DNA of 64,000 bases from Octopus vulgaris (lineage: Eukaryota), in contig OX597815.1 of assembly GCA_951406725.2 (NCBI GenBank), positions 40,734,001-40,798,000 on the forward strand, read 5' to 3'. The position numbers and the translations under genes were made by a program. The notes beneath the pieces are model-generated. The model saw nothing but the letters and a program-made list of their open reading frames with translations, made no database searches and was not told where the DNA came from. This document shows, one piece after another, positions 1 to 13,723 of the stretch; position 1 is the stretch's first letter; each line of letters starts with the position of its first letter.

Positions 1-1495
1 GTTAGTTATAGTTGGGTGTCTTCATGGTAGTTTCTCCATAAGTTGTGTTTTTTCTCACATTTCTTTAGTTCATGAGGCTTAAATGCTTTTTTTTTTTTTC
101 ATATTTTTTCATTGATAAAAAAATTTGCCATTTTCATTGAGTATTATTCTATTTCTTTGCACTAAGTCTTCACATGTTAAATTTTATAAATGCTTTAACT
201 ATCTTATGTTTAAAATTCAGTTACTTTTTTCCTTTGCAAAGATAAGTTACATTTGACATTTTATCGTTTATCGTTTTCATTTGATTTTGGAATTGTTTTG
301 GGTTTGAAATTATTATTATTATTATTGTTGTTATTATTATTATTGTTGTAATATTATTATTTATTTATAGTTTCTTGATAGTTATTTTTTATGTTCGCTA
401 TTAGATATGATATCTTTTAATTTTTATATAGGAATTTAACGTTTTACATATTATTTAATTTGAGAATTAGTTTCGTTAGACTATATATTTTTTTTAATAA
501 TTAGATAATATTTTTATTAAGTAGTATTACATTTAAGTAAACTAGTTTTTATTTTAATATCAATTTTATGTTTAACTTTATTATCGTGTGAAATATTAAA
601 TCTATAGATATTAATAATATAATTAGTTTATATAATGGATTTGTGTATATTTGAACTATTTCCAATTTTCGATTGTATTATTCATGACTAGTTGGGTGTT
701 TACACATAAGACGCTAAAACATATTAATACTTTTAAAATCCAGATAGATTAATTTAATTTAATTGATGAACTTAGTAATATAGTTTGTTTACCAATATTA
801 TTTGGATCTTGTATTATTTTGAGTTTGATCGTTGTTATTATTATTATTGTTATTGACTGGATTTGTAGTGGACTGGTGATTGTGATTGAAAATATTCATA
901 GTGTATTGTTCATTGGTTCTAATATTTTTGCACCTTTCTTTAATTTTTGGAGCTAAAATGTTTCTTACTTTCCATTAGCAAATAATTCTCGCCATTATAT
1001 CATTTTTATATATATTGATAGATATTAATTCTTATATCTATTTATTTAGATTTATATATATATATATAACCCATGCCAGCATGGAAAGCGGACGCTAAAC
1101 GATGATGATGATGATGATGATATATATAGATATATATAGAAAAGGATCTAACATATTAAATTTAATTTAATTTGAGAATTAATTTTGTTAGACAATATGT
1201 TATCTAATTATTAGGTAGTATATTATGTAGTATTAAATTTTAAGATAATTAGGTATTATATTAATTGATATTTAGTCAACTATATTATAGATTGATATAT
1301 TAAATCTATAGATACTACACATGTATATTAATTATATAGTTAGCTTATTTAATGAGTTTGTCTATATTTAAACCATTTCTTATTTTGATTACAATTTAAT
1401 GACTTGTACTAGCATTGTGTATATTAATAAATTTTAAAGTATTTAATAATTTAAGTATTGTTTTAGTTTTCACTTAATGTATATTTAGTATTTTA

Positions 1496-1538
<43 letters not shown>

Positions 1539-1930
1539 AAGTATATTTATTAATTAATTATCTTATTATTCTCTTTTATTTTTAACCTGATGAGTGGCTA
1601 TATTTATATCGAAGTGATTTTACTACTACTATTAATTTTTTTACTATAATCATTTCTTAAATATAGCCACGAAACAGGTGTTGTTATTCTACCAATTATA
1701 TACGTTTTTATTATTTTTTTTGCAATTTACTTAATCACTGGTATTTTATTGTAATTTTAATATTTCTATTGTATGTAATTTTCTAGATGGTGTAATTTAA
1801 TTGTTCATTTTGAATTGATAAAAGGTGGTTTTTTTCTAATTTTTTATATATATATATTATATTGTGTGAAATTTTATTTAGTATTTCTAAATTGAATTTT
1901 TTCCCTGTAAGTTAGGATTAATATTCCCTC
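1..1930. mobile_element. Decayed Penelope-like retroelement sequence
   Basis: Extremely AT-rich, strand-skewed sequence with two diverged direct copies of about 250 bp (about 447-690 and 1152-1410) and a hammerhead-bearing terminal segment flanked by (TA)n. No intact ORF; the family call rests mainly on the ribozyme. Confidence 0.45.
1583..1686 (+). ncRNA. Type I hammerhead ribozyme of the Penelope-like-element kind
   Basis: Stem I TAAC/GTTA; core CTGATGA (1587-1593); perfect 13-bp stem II GTGGCTATATTTA/TAAATATAGCCAC; GAAA (1671-1674); minimal stem III C-AGGT-G; cleavage triplet GTT (1680-1682). Confidence 0.75.
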
Positions 1931-2304
1931 AAATAATCATTATATATATATATATACATATTATATAGAATTTATATATAAATGTATAATATATTATATA
2001 TATATATATATAAAACATATATATGGTATTTCTATATATATACATATGATAAATATAAATATATGTGTGTGCGTATATATGTGATATATGTGCGTGTGTA
2101 TATATGTTATATGTCAGTGAGCATGTGTGTAGTGGCTTAGCATGCATAAAAAACCAAAATGGTAAAAAATTGCGATAATAATAATTCAGGGCATACTCAA
2201 TAAAATCATATATATAATATATATATGTATATATGTAAGAAATATATAATGTATAATATATATATTTATAGAACACATATACATGACATACATATATGTA
2301 TATA

Positions 2305-2344
<40 letters not shown>

Positions 2345-2904
2345 CATACATATATAAATATATATATATACATTATTATACATATATAAAAAATTATATA
2401 TACATATACAAATATATATATATACATATACGTACATACATATATATATATGTATAGGCATATATATATATATATATATGTATAGGCATATATATATATA
2501 TATATACATATAAACATATACAAATCTATACATATATGTAGATATATATACGTATATACATATATAGATATATGTATATATACACATATACAAATATATA
2601 CATATATGTTCATATATATATACATATATATACATATAGATACATATATACATATATAAATATATATAAATATGTATACAAATATAAATATACATATATA
2701 ATTACATATATGTACAGTTATATATATATATAATAATATAAATATATGCATGTATACATACATATATATACATACCTACATATATATGTATATAGACATG
2801 CATATATTGGTACAGGACATCAATATATGTATATGTATGTATATATGCATATATTTATATATTATTTATATTATTATATGATCGAACACCACACATCCGT
2901 TTCC

Positions 2905-2948
<44 letters not shown>

Positions 2949-3128
2949 ATATATATACATATATATATATATACATCTATAAGTATATGTATACAGACAC
3001 ACACACATATATATATGTACATATATATATACATAGATATATGTTACTTAATATAGATAACATGTTATATAATATATATATATTATATGATACTATATGA
3101 TATAAACATATATATATATATATATATA
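1930..3128. repeat. Compound (TA)n/(CA)n low-complexity microsatellite
   Basis: Near-continuous TA/CATA/CA repeats; source of the YIYI ORFs. Confidence 0.95.
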
Positions 3129-3540
3129 GGTGGTGTATGGCTTGCTGATCCACCACATAGTTCCAGGTTGAGTCCCACTGTGTGGCACCATCGTCAAGTG
3201 TCTCCTATAAGAACCTCAGACTGATGAAAGCCTTGATTGAATTTGGTAGACGGAAAATGAATGAAGCCCATCGTACACAGACACACACACACATACACAC
3301 ACACACACATACACACACACACACATACATATATGTGTGTAAGTATGTGTCTGTATCCCCACCATTGCTTGACAACCGATGTTGGTGTGCTTATAGTCCC
3401 GTATATTGGCGTTTTGGCAAAAGTGACCAATAGAATATGTACTAGGCTTACAAAGAATAAGACCTGTCATTGATTTGTTCTACTAAACGTGGTGCTCCAG
3501 AATAGCCACATTGAAATGCGTGAAACAAATAAAAGAATAT
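3128..3540 (+). mobile_element. SINE (tRNA-like head, internal microsatellite, GAATAAAA-type tail)
   Basis: Body CCCCACCATTGCTTGACAACCGATGTTGGTG and tail recur at 21350-21710 (plus) and at 5395-5800, 18995-19230, 29905-30110 and 61500-61760 (minus). Confidence 0.8.
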
Positions 3541-3771
3541 ATATGTTATATATTATGTATATATATGACATATATACATAACACATATATTTGATATATA
3601 TATAATACATATAACACATATATATTATATATAACATATATATATATATATATCTTTATATGAATATGTATATATATACATATATATATAGTAATAACAG
3701 TGTAGCAAAATGGCGGTGCATCAGCATGGCCACAGTTCTGAGCTGAAGCTAGAGGAAAAATATTATATTAT

Positions 3772-3811
<40 letters not shown>

Positions 3812-3818
<7 letters not shown>

Positions 3819-4662
3819 TTTCCTCTAGTTGCAGCTCAGAGAATATTTTTCCTCTAGTTGCAGCTCAGAGAATATTTTTCCTCTAGTTGCAGCTCAGAGA
3901 ATATTTTTCCTCTAGTTTCAGCTTAGAGCTGTGACCATGCTGATGCACCGCCATTTTGCTACACTGCTATTACTATGAGCCTCCTGTAATATGTGGCACT
4001 TGGTGAAGCATGGTGTTTGATATAGCTACCCTCATCTGCACCTCTTGCCGTGAGGTAGGTTCATCTGGGACTCTCAGCAGGAAGAGGTCCAGCTTTGATT
4101 TAAAAAAACCCTACATCTACTTTGTGCAAGTTCCTCAGACTCTTTGGGAGGATATTAATAATCTGTGGGCCCTTGAAACCCAGGCTGTTGCAGTAACTGG
4201 TCCTGAAGTGTGATGGCACTGCTGGGACCTTTGGTACTATGCATTGTCGTCCCATTCTGGCATTGGTGTAGCTTAATGCCAAAATTTGGCACAATTTCTT
4301 CCAAGATCTTCCAGATATATATCACTGCATATCACTCCTGTCTTCTCTCCAGGGAGTAGAGTCTTAACTGTTTCAACATTTCGCAGTAGCTGAGCTGTTG
4401 CAAAGAGACGATCTTCGTGAATCTTCTCTGGATTGCTTCAAGGTCCGCTATTAATTTCACACTGGTGGGTGGCCATAGCTGTGAGCAGTAACCCAGGTGG
4501 CTGAGGATGAATGTCCGCCAGAGGACCATCATGGTTTCCTTATCTCTAGTTCTGAATGTTCTTAGGATCCATCCAGCCAGTCATCTGTACTTTTTCGCCA
4601 TCCTGGTAATGTGCACTTGGAAAGAGGTATCATCACTCATGTTGATACCCAGGTCCCTCACT

Positions 4663-4665
<3 letters not shown>
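3812..4665 (-). mobile_element. CR1/L2-group LINE, 3' fragment
   Basis: ORF 4332..4532 ILSHLGYCSQLWPP...DLEAIQRRFTK...SYCEMLKQLRLYSLERR is the typical post-RT region. The tail unit AATATTTTTCCTCTAGTTGCAGCTCAGAG is tandemly repeated. Confidence 0.85.
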
Positions 4666-4699
<34 letters not shown>

Positions 4700-4949
4700 A
4701 CACAAATTAAGAAATTTGTGTACGGTAGAATTAAATTTCTTCAAAAAGGAACAAAACATCCTCCTTGCCACAATATCAGATGAAGCCCAACATGAGGTAC
4801 AGACGAGGGCAGTAGAATCAAACTCCATTATACACCAAATGTACTAATAGCTGGGACAAATGCACCTACAGGAGTGGTGATATGAAATACCCAGACTGAG
4901 GAAGGTAGAAAGACCATTGTGATGCTCCAGCATAGCTGAAACAAGTAAC

Positions 4950-5197
4950 ATAGTATATATATAATAATATATATATATATATGTATACAACCTATATATA
5001 ATATAACACATGAATGTAAGGTTATAACACACATACATACATATATATAACATATGTTATATATATATATATGTATTATATATGTTATATATGTATGTTT
5101 ATTTATATATATATATATGTATGTTTATTCATATATATATATGTATGTTTATTCATATATATATATGTATGTTTATTCATATATATATATATATAAC

Positions 5198-5237
<40 letters not shown>

Positions 5238-5644
5238 CATACATATATATATATATATACACATATGTTTCTATACATTATATATAACATATTTATATAT
5301 ATATATATATAACATATTTATATATATTATATATGCAACAATATATATATATATAGAAATAGATACATAGCATATATATCACATATAATCTTGTCTTCTT
5401 TTACTTTCTTCAGCCATTTGAAAGCAGCCATGCTGGAGCACATAATTTCTTCAAAGAAATTGACTCGAAGATTTTTTTCTGTATTACCCTAGTACTTATT
5501 CTATCGGTTTCATTTGCTGAACTACTACGTTACATGGACGCAAACACATGAACACTGGTTGCCAAGCGATGGTGGGGTGACAAGCACAGATACACACACG
5601 AATATAAACTTATATATGTATGTATGTATGTATGTATATATATA

Positions 5645-5689
<45 letters not shown>

Positions 5690-5961
5690 GATAGCCTTCT
5701 TTCAGTTTACGTCGACCAAATCCACTTATAATGCTGCAGTTGGCCCGAGGCTATAGTAGAACTGAACCTAGAACCATGAGGGTGGGAAGCAAGTTTGTCA
5801 CCTCACAGGCAATATATAACATGTACATATACTTTTATATACATATATAAATATATACACATGTAGATATAAATATATAAGCGCATACATACACACACAT
5901 ATTATATATATATATATACATACATATATACATGTATTGATACATGTGTATATGCAGATAT

Positions 5962-6009
<48 letters not shown>

Positions 6010-6145
6010 TCCTGTGCGTCTGATAATACAGTACTTGTACCACATCCTCATGTTTCTTTTGTTTGTTTTTCTTTGTTTGTATTCACTATATACATACTCA
6101 TACACACATATATATACATATATACATACATATATACATATATAT
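4950..6145. repeat. (TA)n-rich low-complexity block containing a minus-strand SINE (about 5395-5800)
   Basis: TA/CATA repeats; the SINE body is the reverse complement of the 3128-3540 family. Confidence 0.85.
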
Positions 6146-6185
6146 ATTAGAAGGTTTGGAGGTGATGTACAGTTATTATATAATA

Positions 6186-7333
6186 GAAGAAATAAGGTAC
6201 TCAGAAATCTGGATGGTTTTACATTTACAGATATTTATTAATGTCACATGTTTTTATAAATCATATATTAGCGCTTGCATCCATTCTAGTAGTCTCTAGA
6301 TTTGAATTTGTTTGAGAGGATTTGTCTCCTTTGATAGTATTATTGAGTGTGTAGGTGTGGGGAGAGATATAGGATAATAAAAGAGGGTGAGGAATGGGGA
6401 GAAAGTGAGAAAGAGTGTGTGTGTATCTGAAAGGAGTGTCAATGGAAAAGAGAAGGAAAGAAAGAAGGAAGAGAAAAAGAAGAAAAAATGTGTTTAAATC
6501 TTTACAGTTGGTCAGTTCTTTCAATAGAAAGTGATGAGTTGATTCTTGGCCTTTAAAAATGGAAAAACCAGGTGGCTACTCAATGGGGGTGTGTGTCTTG
6601 ATATAAGTTATTTTTCAAAATATTGTTTGGATTTATTATCATTGTCATCATCATTGTCCAGTGAGAGAGAGTGAGTGTGAGTGTATGTGTGCGTACCTGT
6701 ATATCTGAAAGGAGTGTAAATGGAAAAGAGAAGGAAAGAAAGAAGGAAGAAAATATTGTGTTTACGTCTATACAACTTGAGTAGAATAGATGTAAACACA
6801 ATTTTTTCTTCTTCCTTTCTTTTTCTTTTCCATTTACACTCCTTCCAGATACACATACACACACACACACTCTCTCTCACTGGACAATGATAATAAATCC
6901 GGACAATTATTTGAAAAATAACTTTTATCAAGCCCCCCCCCCAATAGAGAAGCCACCTGGTTTTTCCATTTTTAAAGGTCAAGAATCAACTCATCACTTT
7001 CTATTGAAAGAACTGACCAGCTGTAAAGATTTAAACACATTTTTTTCTTCTTTCTTTCCTTGTCTTTTCCACTGACACCCCTTTCAGAAATACACACACA
7101 CACTCTCTCTCTCACTTTCTCCCCATTCCTCACCCTCTTTTACTATCCTATATTTCTCTCCATCCCTACACACTCAATAATACTATCAAAAGAGACAAAT
7201 CCTCTCAACAAATTCAAATCTGGAGATTCTACTAGAGTAGATGCAAGTGCTAATATATGATTTATAAAAATTTGTAACATCAATAAAAAAACTGTAAATG
7301 TAAAACCATCCAGATTTCTGAATACCTTATTTC
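6186..7333. repeat. About 1.15 kb imperfect palindrome (fold-back element)
   Basis: AATAAGGTACTCAGAAATCTGGATGGTTTTACATTTACAG (6191) is mirrored at about 7292-7331, and pairing continues inward to a short loop at about 6771-6786. Confidence 0.9.
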
Positions 7334-7334
7334 T

Positions 7335-7648
7335 AATATACATACATATACATATATATACACATATACATTATACACACACACACATATATATATATGC
7401 ATATATATATCCATGCATATATACATATAGAAATATATACACACATATGTATATACATATATAAATATATACACATATGTATGTACATATATAAATATGC
7501 ACACATGTATATACATGTATAAATATACACACACATGTTGATATAAATATTTATATATACATCACACATATATATATACACATATATATATATATACAAA
7601 TATGTATATTTACACACACATATATATATAGCCTTATGTGTGTGTATG

Positions 7649-7680
<32 letters not shown>

Positions 7681-7861
7681 TACATATATATATGCAATGA
7701 TATATAAATATGTATATAAGTATGCATATATAAATATATACCTGTATTCATATATAAATATGTATACATGTATATACATAATTATATGCATGTATGTATA
7801 TATAAACACATATGTATATACATATATAGATATACACAAGTATGTATATAGAAAAAAAAAG

Positions 7862-7895
<34 letters not shown>

Positions 7896-8410
7896 TATGT
7901 ATATATAAATTTATACATATATACACATGTTTATATATATATATATACATAGACATATACATACATATATACAAATATATATACACACACACACACACAT
8001 ATATATATACAAATATATATATATGTACATATGCACATGTATATAGATACACACACACACGCATATATATATACACACATATATATAAATACATATATAC
8101 ACACGTGCTTATGTATGTCTATACTCTTTAGATTCGCTTTATATACTGAGATATGCATACATACATTATATGCATATGTGTGTGTTTGTCTATATACATA
8201 TATATAGTATATATATATATGTATATATATACTCGTGTGTGTCTGATATAGTTTACTCATCTGCTTCATAAATATCTTCAAGTTTCTCGAACTCATTCCC
8301 AAAATTAAACTGATAAAAGGGCATACAGTGTGTGTGTGTGCGTGTGTGTATGTATATATATATATACATAGACACACACACATACATATACACACATGTA
8401 TATACATACA
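7335..8410. repeat. Compound (TA)n/(CA)n microsatellite block
   Basis: Near-continuous dinucleotide repeats. Confidence 0.95.
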
Positions 8411-11149
8411 CTCGGCTTAGTGTTGTTAAAGAAAAATCTTGTGACTTGTAACTTCACGTAGTGCTTGTATGTAGGGTTCCTGCTATGTATGGACTTACCA
8501 ACATTAATTTCACCCATTTACCAATGCTTTGATGCTAGAACCTCACCACATACTTTCCTTCCTGCTAATTCTCAACTGTTTTCGGCTCTCAGACTCATGA
8601 GGAAGAAATAAAGCGGGAGAGATATACAGAAGTTTTGTGTTGATGTGCGTATTTTCATAGAGGTATGTGACATGCATATAAACTTCGTATTTGATGTAAG
8701 AGAACAGAATTGTTTTCCATGACATTTTACTGTATCAGCAAGTATATGACATTTGATGATGTTAAAACAGAATGAGAGGAGCAAAACTAATAACAGACCA
8801 GAATGTTACATGATACCAACTAACATGTATTACAAACCATAAATGAAAGATGCAGTTGATGTTTGACTCCCTCTAGATCCTTATTATTACATTTCAATCC
8901 CTATGAATCAATTCAAGATACTTTGTCTTCAAAACCCAATTGGATTTATTCTAAATTAGTATGAAATCAGTTAAGTTCAGCAAAGTGTGAATTTGCTGGT
9001 GGCTTCTTGCTCAATATCAGCAGGGTTAAAGCTCTCAATATTCACAACAGAGTGAATTGTTTATTATTTGTTTCCAAAGCACTATAGTTGTGCCTGATTG
9101 GCTTGATTAGATGGTGGGGTTTTATTGGTGCAACTGCACTGTCTCTACAGTTGAATAGTCATCCTCCTATTAATTATTCAACTGTGAAGTTAAGTGTGGA
9201 TCCCCACTCTACCTCAGCAAACGAATTGTAAGAGCACATTAAACCTTTCCTTGTGCAGAGACTGACTTACTTCTGAAGTCAGACAGAAATATAAACAAGG
9301 AAAATGTAAGTAAAATACAAGATCCCTTCAAGTGATTCAATAATACCAAGTATTCCACCTTTTTTAGTGATGCTGCTCAGTCAATGAAATTTCAAAGCAA
9401 AATATCCTTATTGCAAAGAACATTGTATATCATTTTTGCTGATCTGATTTTATCAGCAAAACAGGTTTCTTCATGTTCATTTAGAAGATTGGTTGTTTCC
9501 AGAATTATTTGAAATAATTACTCTGTTCCACACACTATCTCACTTATGGATTAGAAAAAAAATTTGTTTCCAATCAAAAAGGTGAAATATGACAGCATTT
9601 AGGAATGCTGTTTTTTTTTTTTAATCTTCTCCCTCCTAATCTTATATGACTTCAGAAGATCTGAGAAGTATCCCCTTGAACTAGAAGCAATGGCAAGAAC
9701 TGTAACTTGAAAAAATTAAGCCCACCAGTTTTTGATACATTGCTACAGTTGCTCAACAGTGAATTATCAGCTTTAAAGGCCTCCATAAGTTAAGATTCAC
9801 CAAGAACCAGGAAAGGATCAATATCAAAGTTTAGGATATGAACATCTCTTTCTAGTATTTTTATTAGTGGCCTAACTATAACAAGAATTTTTTTTCTAGA
9901 GTCTGGGTTGAACAAACATATTAATAGCTGTGGCAAATCTCTTGCAGAAGTGCTAAGTGAATTCCATATTGACCATCAACATAAAGAGGTATCAGAGATG
10001 CGTAATCAGACTTTAAACCCAGACACTTGATGGATGTGTTGCCTTAAGTTATTTCAACACTCTTGCTTCTGTGGAATATTGAGAATCTCCTAAAAAAGCT
10101 GTGTGGCCGTGGTATACACATTCTATGTACAGTCATGGCAAAAATAAAGATGCTTAATTACTTGAGCCTGCATACTGATCCTGTAAAACAGATACAATAG
10201 TGAGAGATCAGTCATAGCTTTGACATAAGACAATTATTGACTGAATTGATAAAAGTGTTTGAAAATCTCATTATTATAAATATCTGAGAATTCACTCTAA
10301 AGGAATAAGAAGGAAAAAGCAAAAATACAAAAGGAAATTGAAACTCCAAAGAAAACAAGGACTGAGTGAAAGCAAATATTGATCACCAAATAAATAAAGG
10401 TAAAGTTCTTTACCACAAACAAAATAATACATAATGAAGGACCTTAGCAAAAAATAGGAAGGTTTTTGTAGTTTGTCATTTCAGATTAGAAAACAGTATA
10501 TTACTAACAATTCTAATTGATAACAAAATCAAGTATTGTTATGAAACAAAGAATTACCACACAAGGGCTTTCACTTGACTAGAACCAATTCACTAGTAGT
10601 GTGACCATGTTAGTTGAAAGTCTCCAGTAAGAAGTCAAGAGTACAAAAAGCAATCTCAGCAGACACAAAATAAGATATAAACAATGGAATATGGAATGAA
10701 TGTATTTTGTATGAAACACTAAAGATAACTGAAGTGATACAAAAGAATGTGGCTTGAACATCGAAGGAACAAGTGAAGGTTATTATAATTGAAGTTGTTT
10801 CTCAAATAAATGATTGTGAATACCAAGTGTATAGTTAGTGAGGAAAAACTAGAACATTAACGAATTCAGATTAAAAACAGAGATGGGGATGGAAATATAT
10901 ATGTTCAAGAAATATATTCTGGAACAGAATTACTTTAGATGGAGAAAGAGTGATGAAGCAGTACTAGAACATATTACCTAATGGCTAGAAGAGTACCTAT
11001 GCCAGTTACAGAAGTAGCATTAGCTTGTAAAAGATACAGAAGTAGCATTAGCTTGTAAAAGATTATTTCTGAATTCCCAGCTTTAGTCTTTTTTATTATT
11101 ATTGTGCTAGTGCATGCTAATTTAGTTAGCAAGTATTTTACATTGAGGT

Positions 11150-11700
11150 TTGGTGAAAACAAATCTCCTCAAATCTGAAGAATCTTCCTTAGGATTCTGG
11201 CAGAATATATGTTGGTATTTTTCTACAGGTTGACAATGGGAGTTTCAATTCCATCTCCTTTTAGCATTTTGGATGTTGTCAAGTGCACCAATTACTACAG
11301 GAATGATTGTTGTCTTGATTATTCACTGTCTCCGCAGCCTTCTTGCTAGATTCTGATATTTCTCAATTTTTTCACTTTCTTTGCTATCATAGGGAATTGC
11401 AAAACCTACGATCTTACACTGTTTTTTTTTCTCTATAATCATTTCTGGTCTTCTTGCTTCAACAGTATGGACAGTCTTTATAAAGAAATTCCTCAAGATC
11501 TTGTAATCCTCATTTTCTATCACAGCCTCTGGTTCATGTTCATACTTTTTCTGTTGTTCTGAAGCTATACACTTGGCTAACATCCCAATGCACTCTTTTA
11601 CCTACAGTCATGTTTGTGTTTATACTCCTTTTGTGCTAGAATACTGCACTCATTTAAAAAGTGAGCGATACTTTTGTCTCCTAATAACTATCCTTCACTT
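11150..11700 (-). mobile_element. R4/Dong-like non-LTR retrotransposon fragment (restriction-like endonuclease domain)
   Basis: ORF 11323..11583 YEHEPEAVIENEDYKIL...VEARRPEMII...AIPYDSKESEKIEKYQNLA matches the RPD...K..KY REL endonuclease pattern. Confidence 0.8.
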
Positions 11701-13723
11701 GACAATAATTAAGTTGCATATCAAGCTCAACTGATCCATGACTAACAAAATTAATCCATTCTCCAGTTACTTTTGGTTGATAAAAGACATGAAAAATGAT
11801 ACTTACACTACCATTATCTGTATTTTCAAAAGCATAATTTGCAATGACCTCTTGCTAGATATATAAAGATAGCAAATATCAAAAAAAAAAAAAATGAAGA
11901 GATTGCAAAATCCTTTTGGTTAAGGAAAGCATAATATTGCAAACATTAAGAATATGTATGGAAATGACTAATCTAATGTTTTAATAAAAGCTAAAACACT
12001 GAAACATGTTATACATTTACAAAAATAGAGAATAAAATTGTAATGACAAAGTATCAAACTTGAGTGGAAGTCTCCATGACAACTGATCAAAATAGAAATG
12101 ATATGATATCTTCAGAGCTGAAAGAGTTTTATTGCTAGCATTAAACTAAAATTGCTGAGAAGATAACTCTTTGTCACTCTTGTCAGTATCCCCAGAGAAC
12201 TGGAAAGATATACATGTTTTGAAGAACCAAGAAGTTTTAGATTTGTCTTATGCCTAATTTTTGAATCAATAGAGAAGGGGATGAAATTGACAAAACACTT
12301 ACTCAACAATGGTTCAATACCAAGCAGTATTCTTTTAGATTTAGCTGCATGAATGTATTTCAACTGATCTCATTTACTTAGATTTCACCAAAGCTTAAGC
12401 AATGCCATCAGCTAGACATAGATATGACCACTGAGCAACTTCAAAGTGGCCTCCTTTAGCTGGTCAACAAGACAGCAGAAAGACAGCTGCAGCTGGTTAG
12501 GCATTGTTTGAGACATGTGCAGTTGCCTGCCAGCCATATTATCTAGGAATTGACCCATGGGAGGATGAAATGTGGGTATCCTTTCAAAACAATGATCAAG
12601 ACTAACACAGGAAAGTGGTGCTGATGAACTTAGAATACTGAGGATGGAATGGGATTTGTTGTGTATTATTCATTGTACTCAATGCGAGGGCAAGTTGTAG
12701 TTGATAGATGAAAATAATGATCACCAAAGCCTTTCATTTTGAAACACATGGAAGACTGGAAAAAAATCAGTACAGAGGGACAAACGGGAAACTCTGTATT
12801 TTCAAATATGGACTCAAGAGATTCACATTAACAGCTACAGTCAGAGAAATAACAACTTTAGCTTAGTTTGAGAAAAATTGAAGGAGTGACACAACATTAA
12901 ATTTTACTGGTTAAACTAACATTGCAAATAAAAAACAACAAAAAACACCTTGAAATGAACATAGATTTTTAACAAAAATGTTCTCACTATCCAGGTAAAC
13001 AATAAGACTGAAAAGATTTTGGTCCAGATGTACTGAACTTATTTAGATAAGGACACATTGTGGCATTAGTTTATCTCAACTATTGCAATACAGGTTAGCA
13101 AATTAAAAAAGAAATACAAAGACTGATCAAATCAGTTTTGAGTAGGGCAACAAAACTATCCCTACCCATAAAAGCAAAATATTGACTTCCCAAATGTGAG
13201 TTCCTGGATGACAAGATAGAATTATTCAAAGAACAACAATGTATATGCATGCCTATGAATGCTCCATCTCAATGATGATAAAATCAAAAGAGGTCAAAAG
13301 AAGCTCATTCATAAAAAATAACAACAAAAAGTGAGTACATTTCTTGCATTTTGCACTGATTATTAATGTATTTCATAGAAGGGTGTTAGCTGGCAAAACT
13401 GACAGAGTATCAAGCTAAATGCCTAATAATGTATACTTTTTGTTTCCCTATATTTAAGTTCAAATTCTACTGATATCAAATTCTTACCTCTTAGTGGGGT
13501 CAATAAAATAAGTACTAGTAGTATACTGGTATTGATATCACCAACTTAACTTTCTTGTATGCAAAAGATGAACTTGTACCTTATCTAAGGAAGGCATTAT
13601 TATATTTTATAAAGAATTCAGTGTGAAATGAAAGAAATTTTAAGAAAATATTCTTTGTGTGCATGTATACAATTTTATATATATATACATACACATGTAT
13701 ATATAAAATACACATACACACAC

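Noticed and set aside
3815-3930. Regularly spaced 29-bp direct repeats resembling a CRISPR array
   Set aside because: The units are contiguous with no spacers, lie in a LINE tail, and the DNA is eukaryotic.
1929-8517. Many long ORFs rich in YI/CV/HT (up to 253 aa)
   Set aside because: Translations of (TA)n/(CA)n microsatellites, which lack stop codons; not genes.
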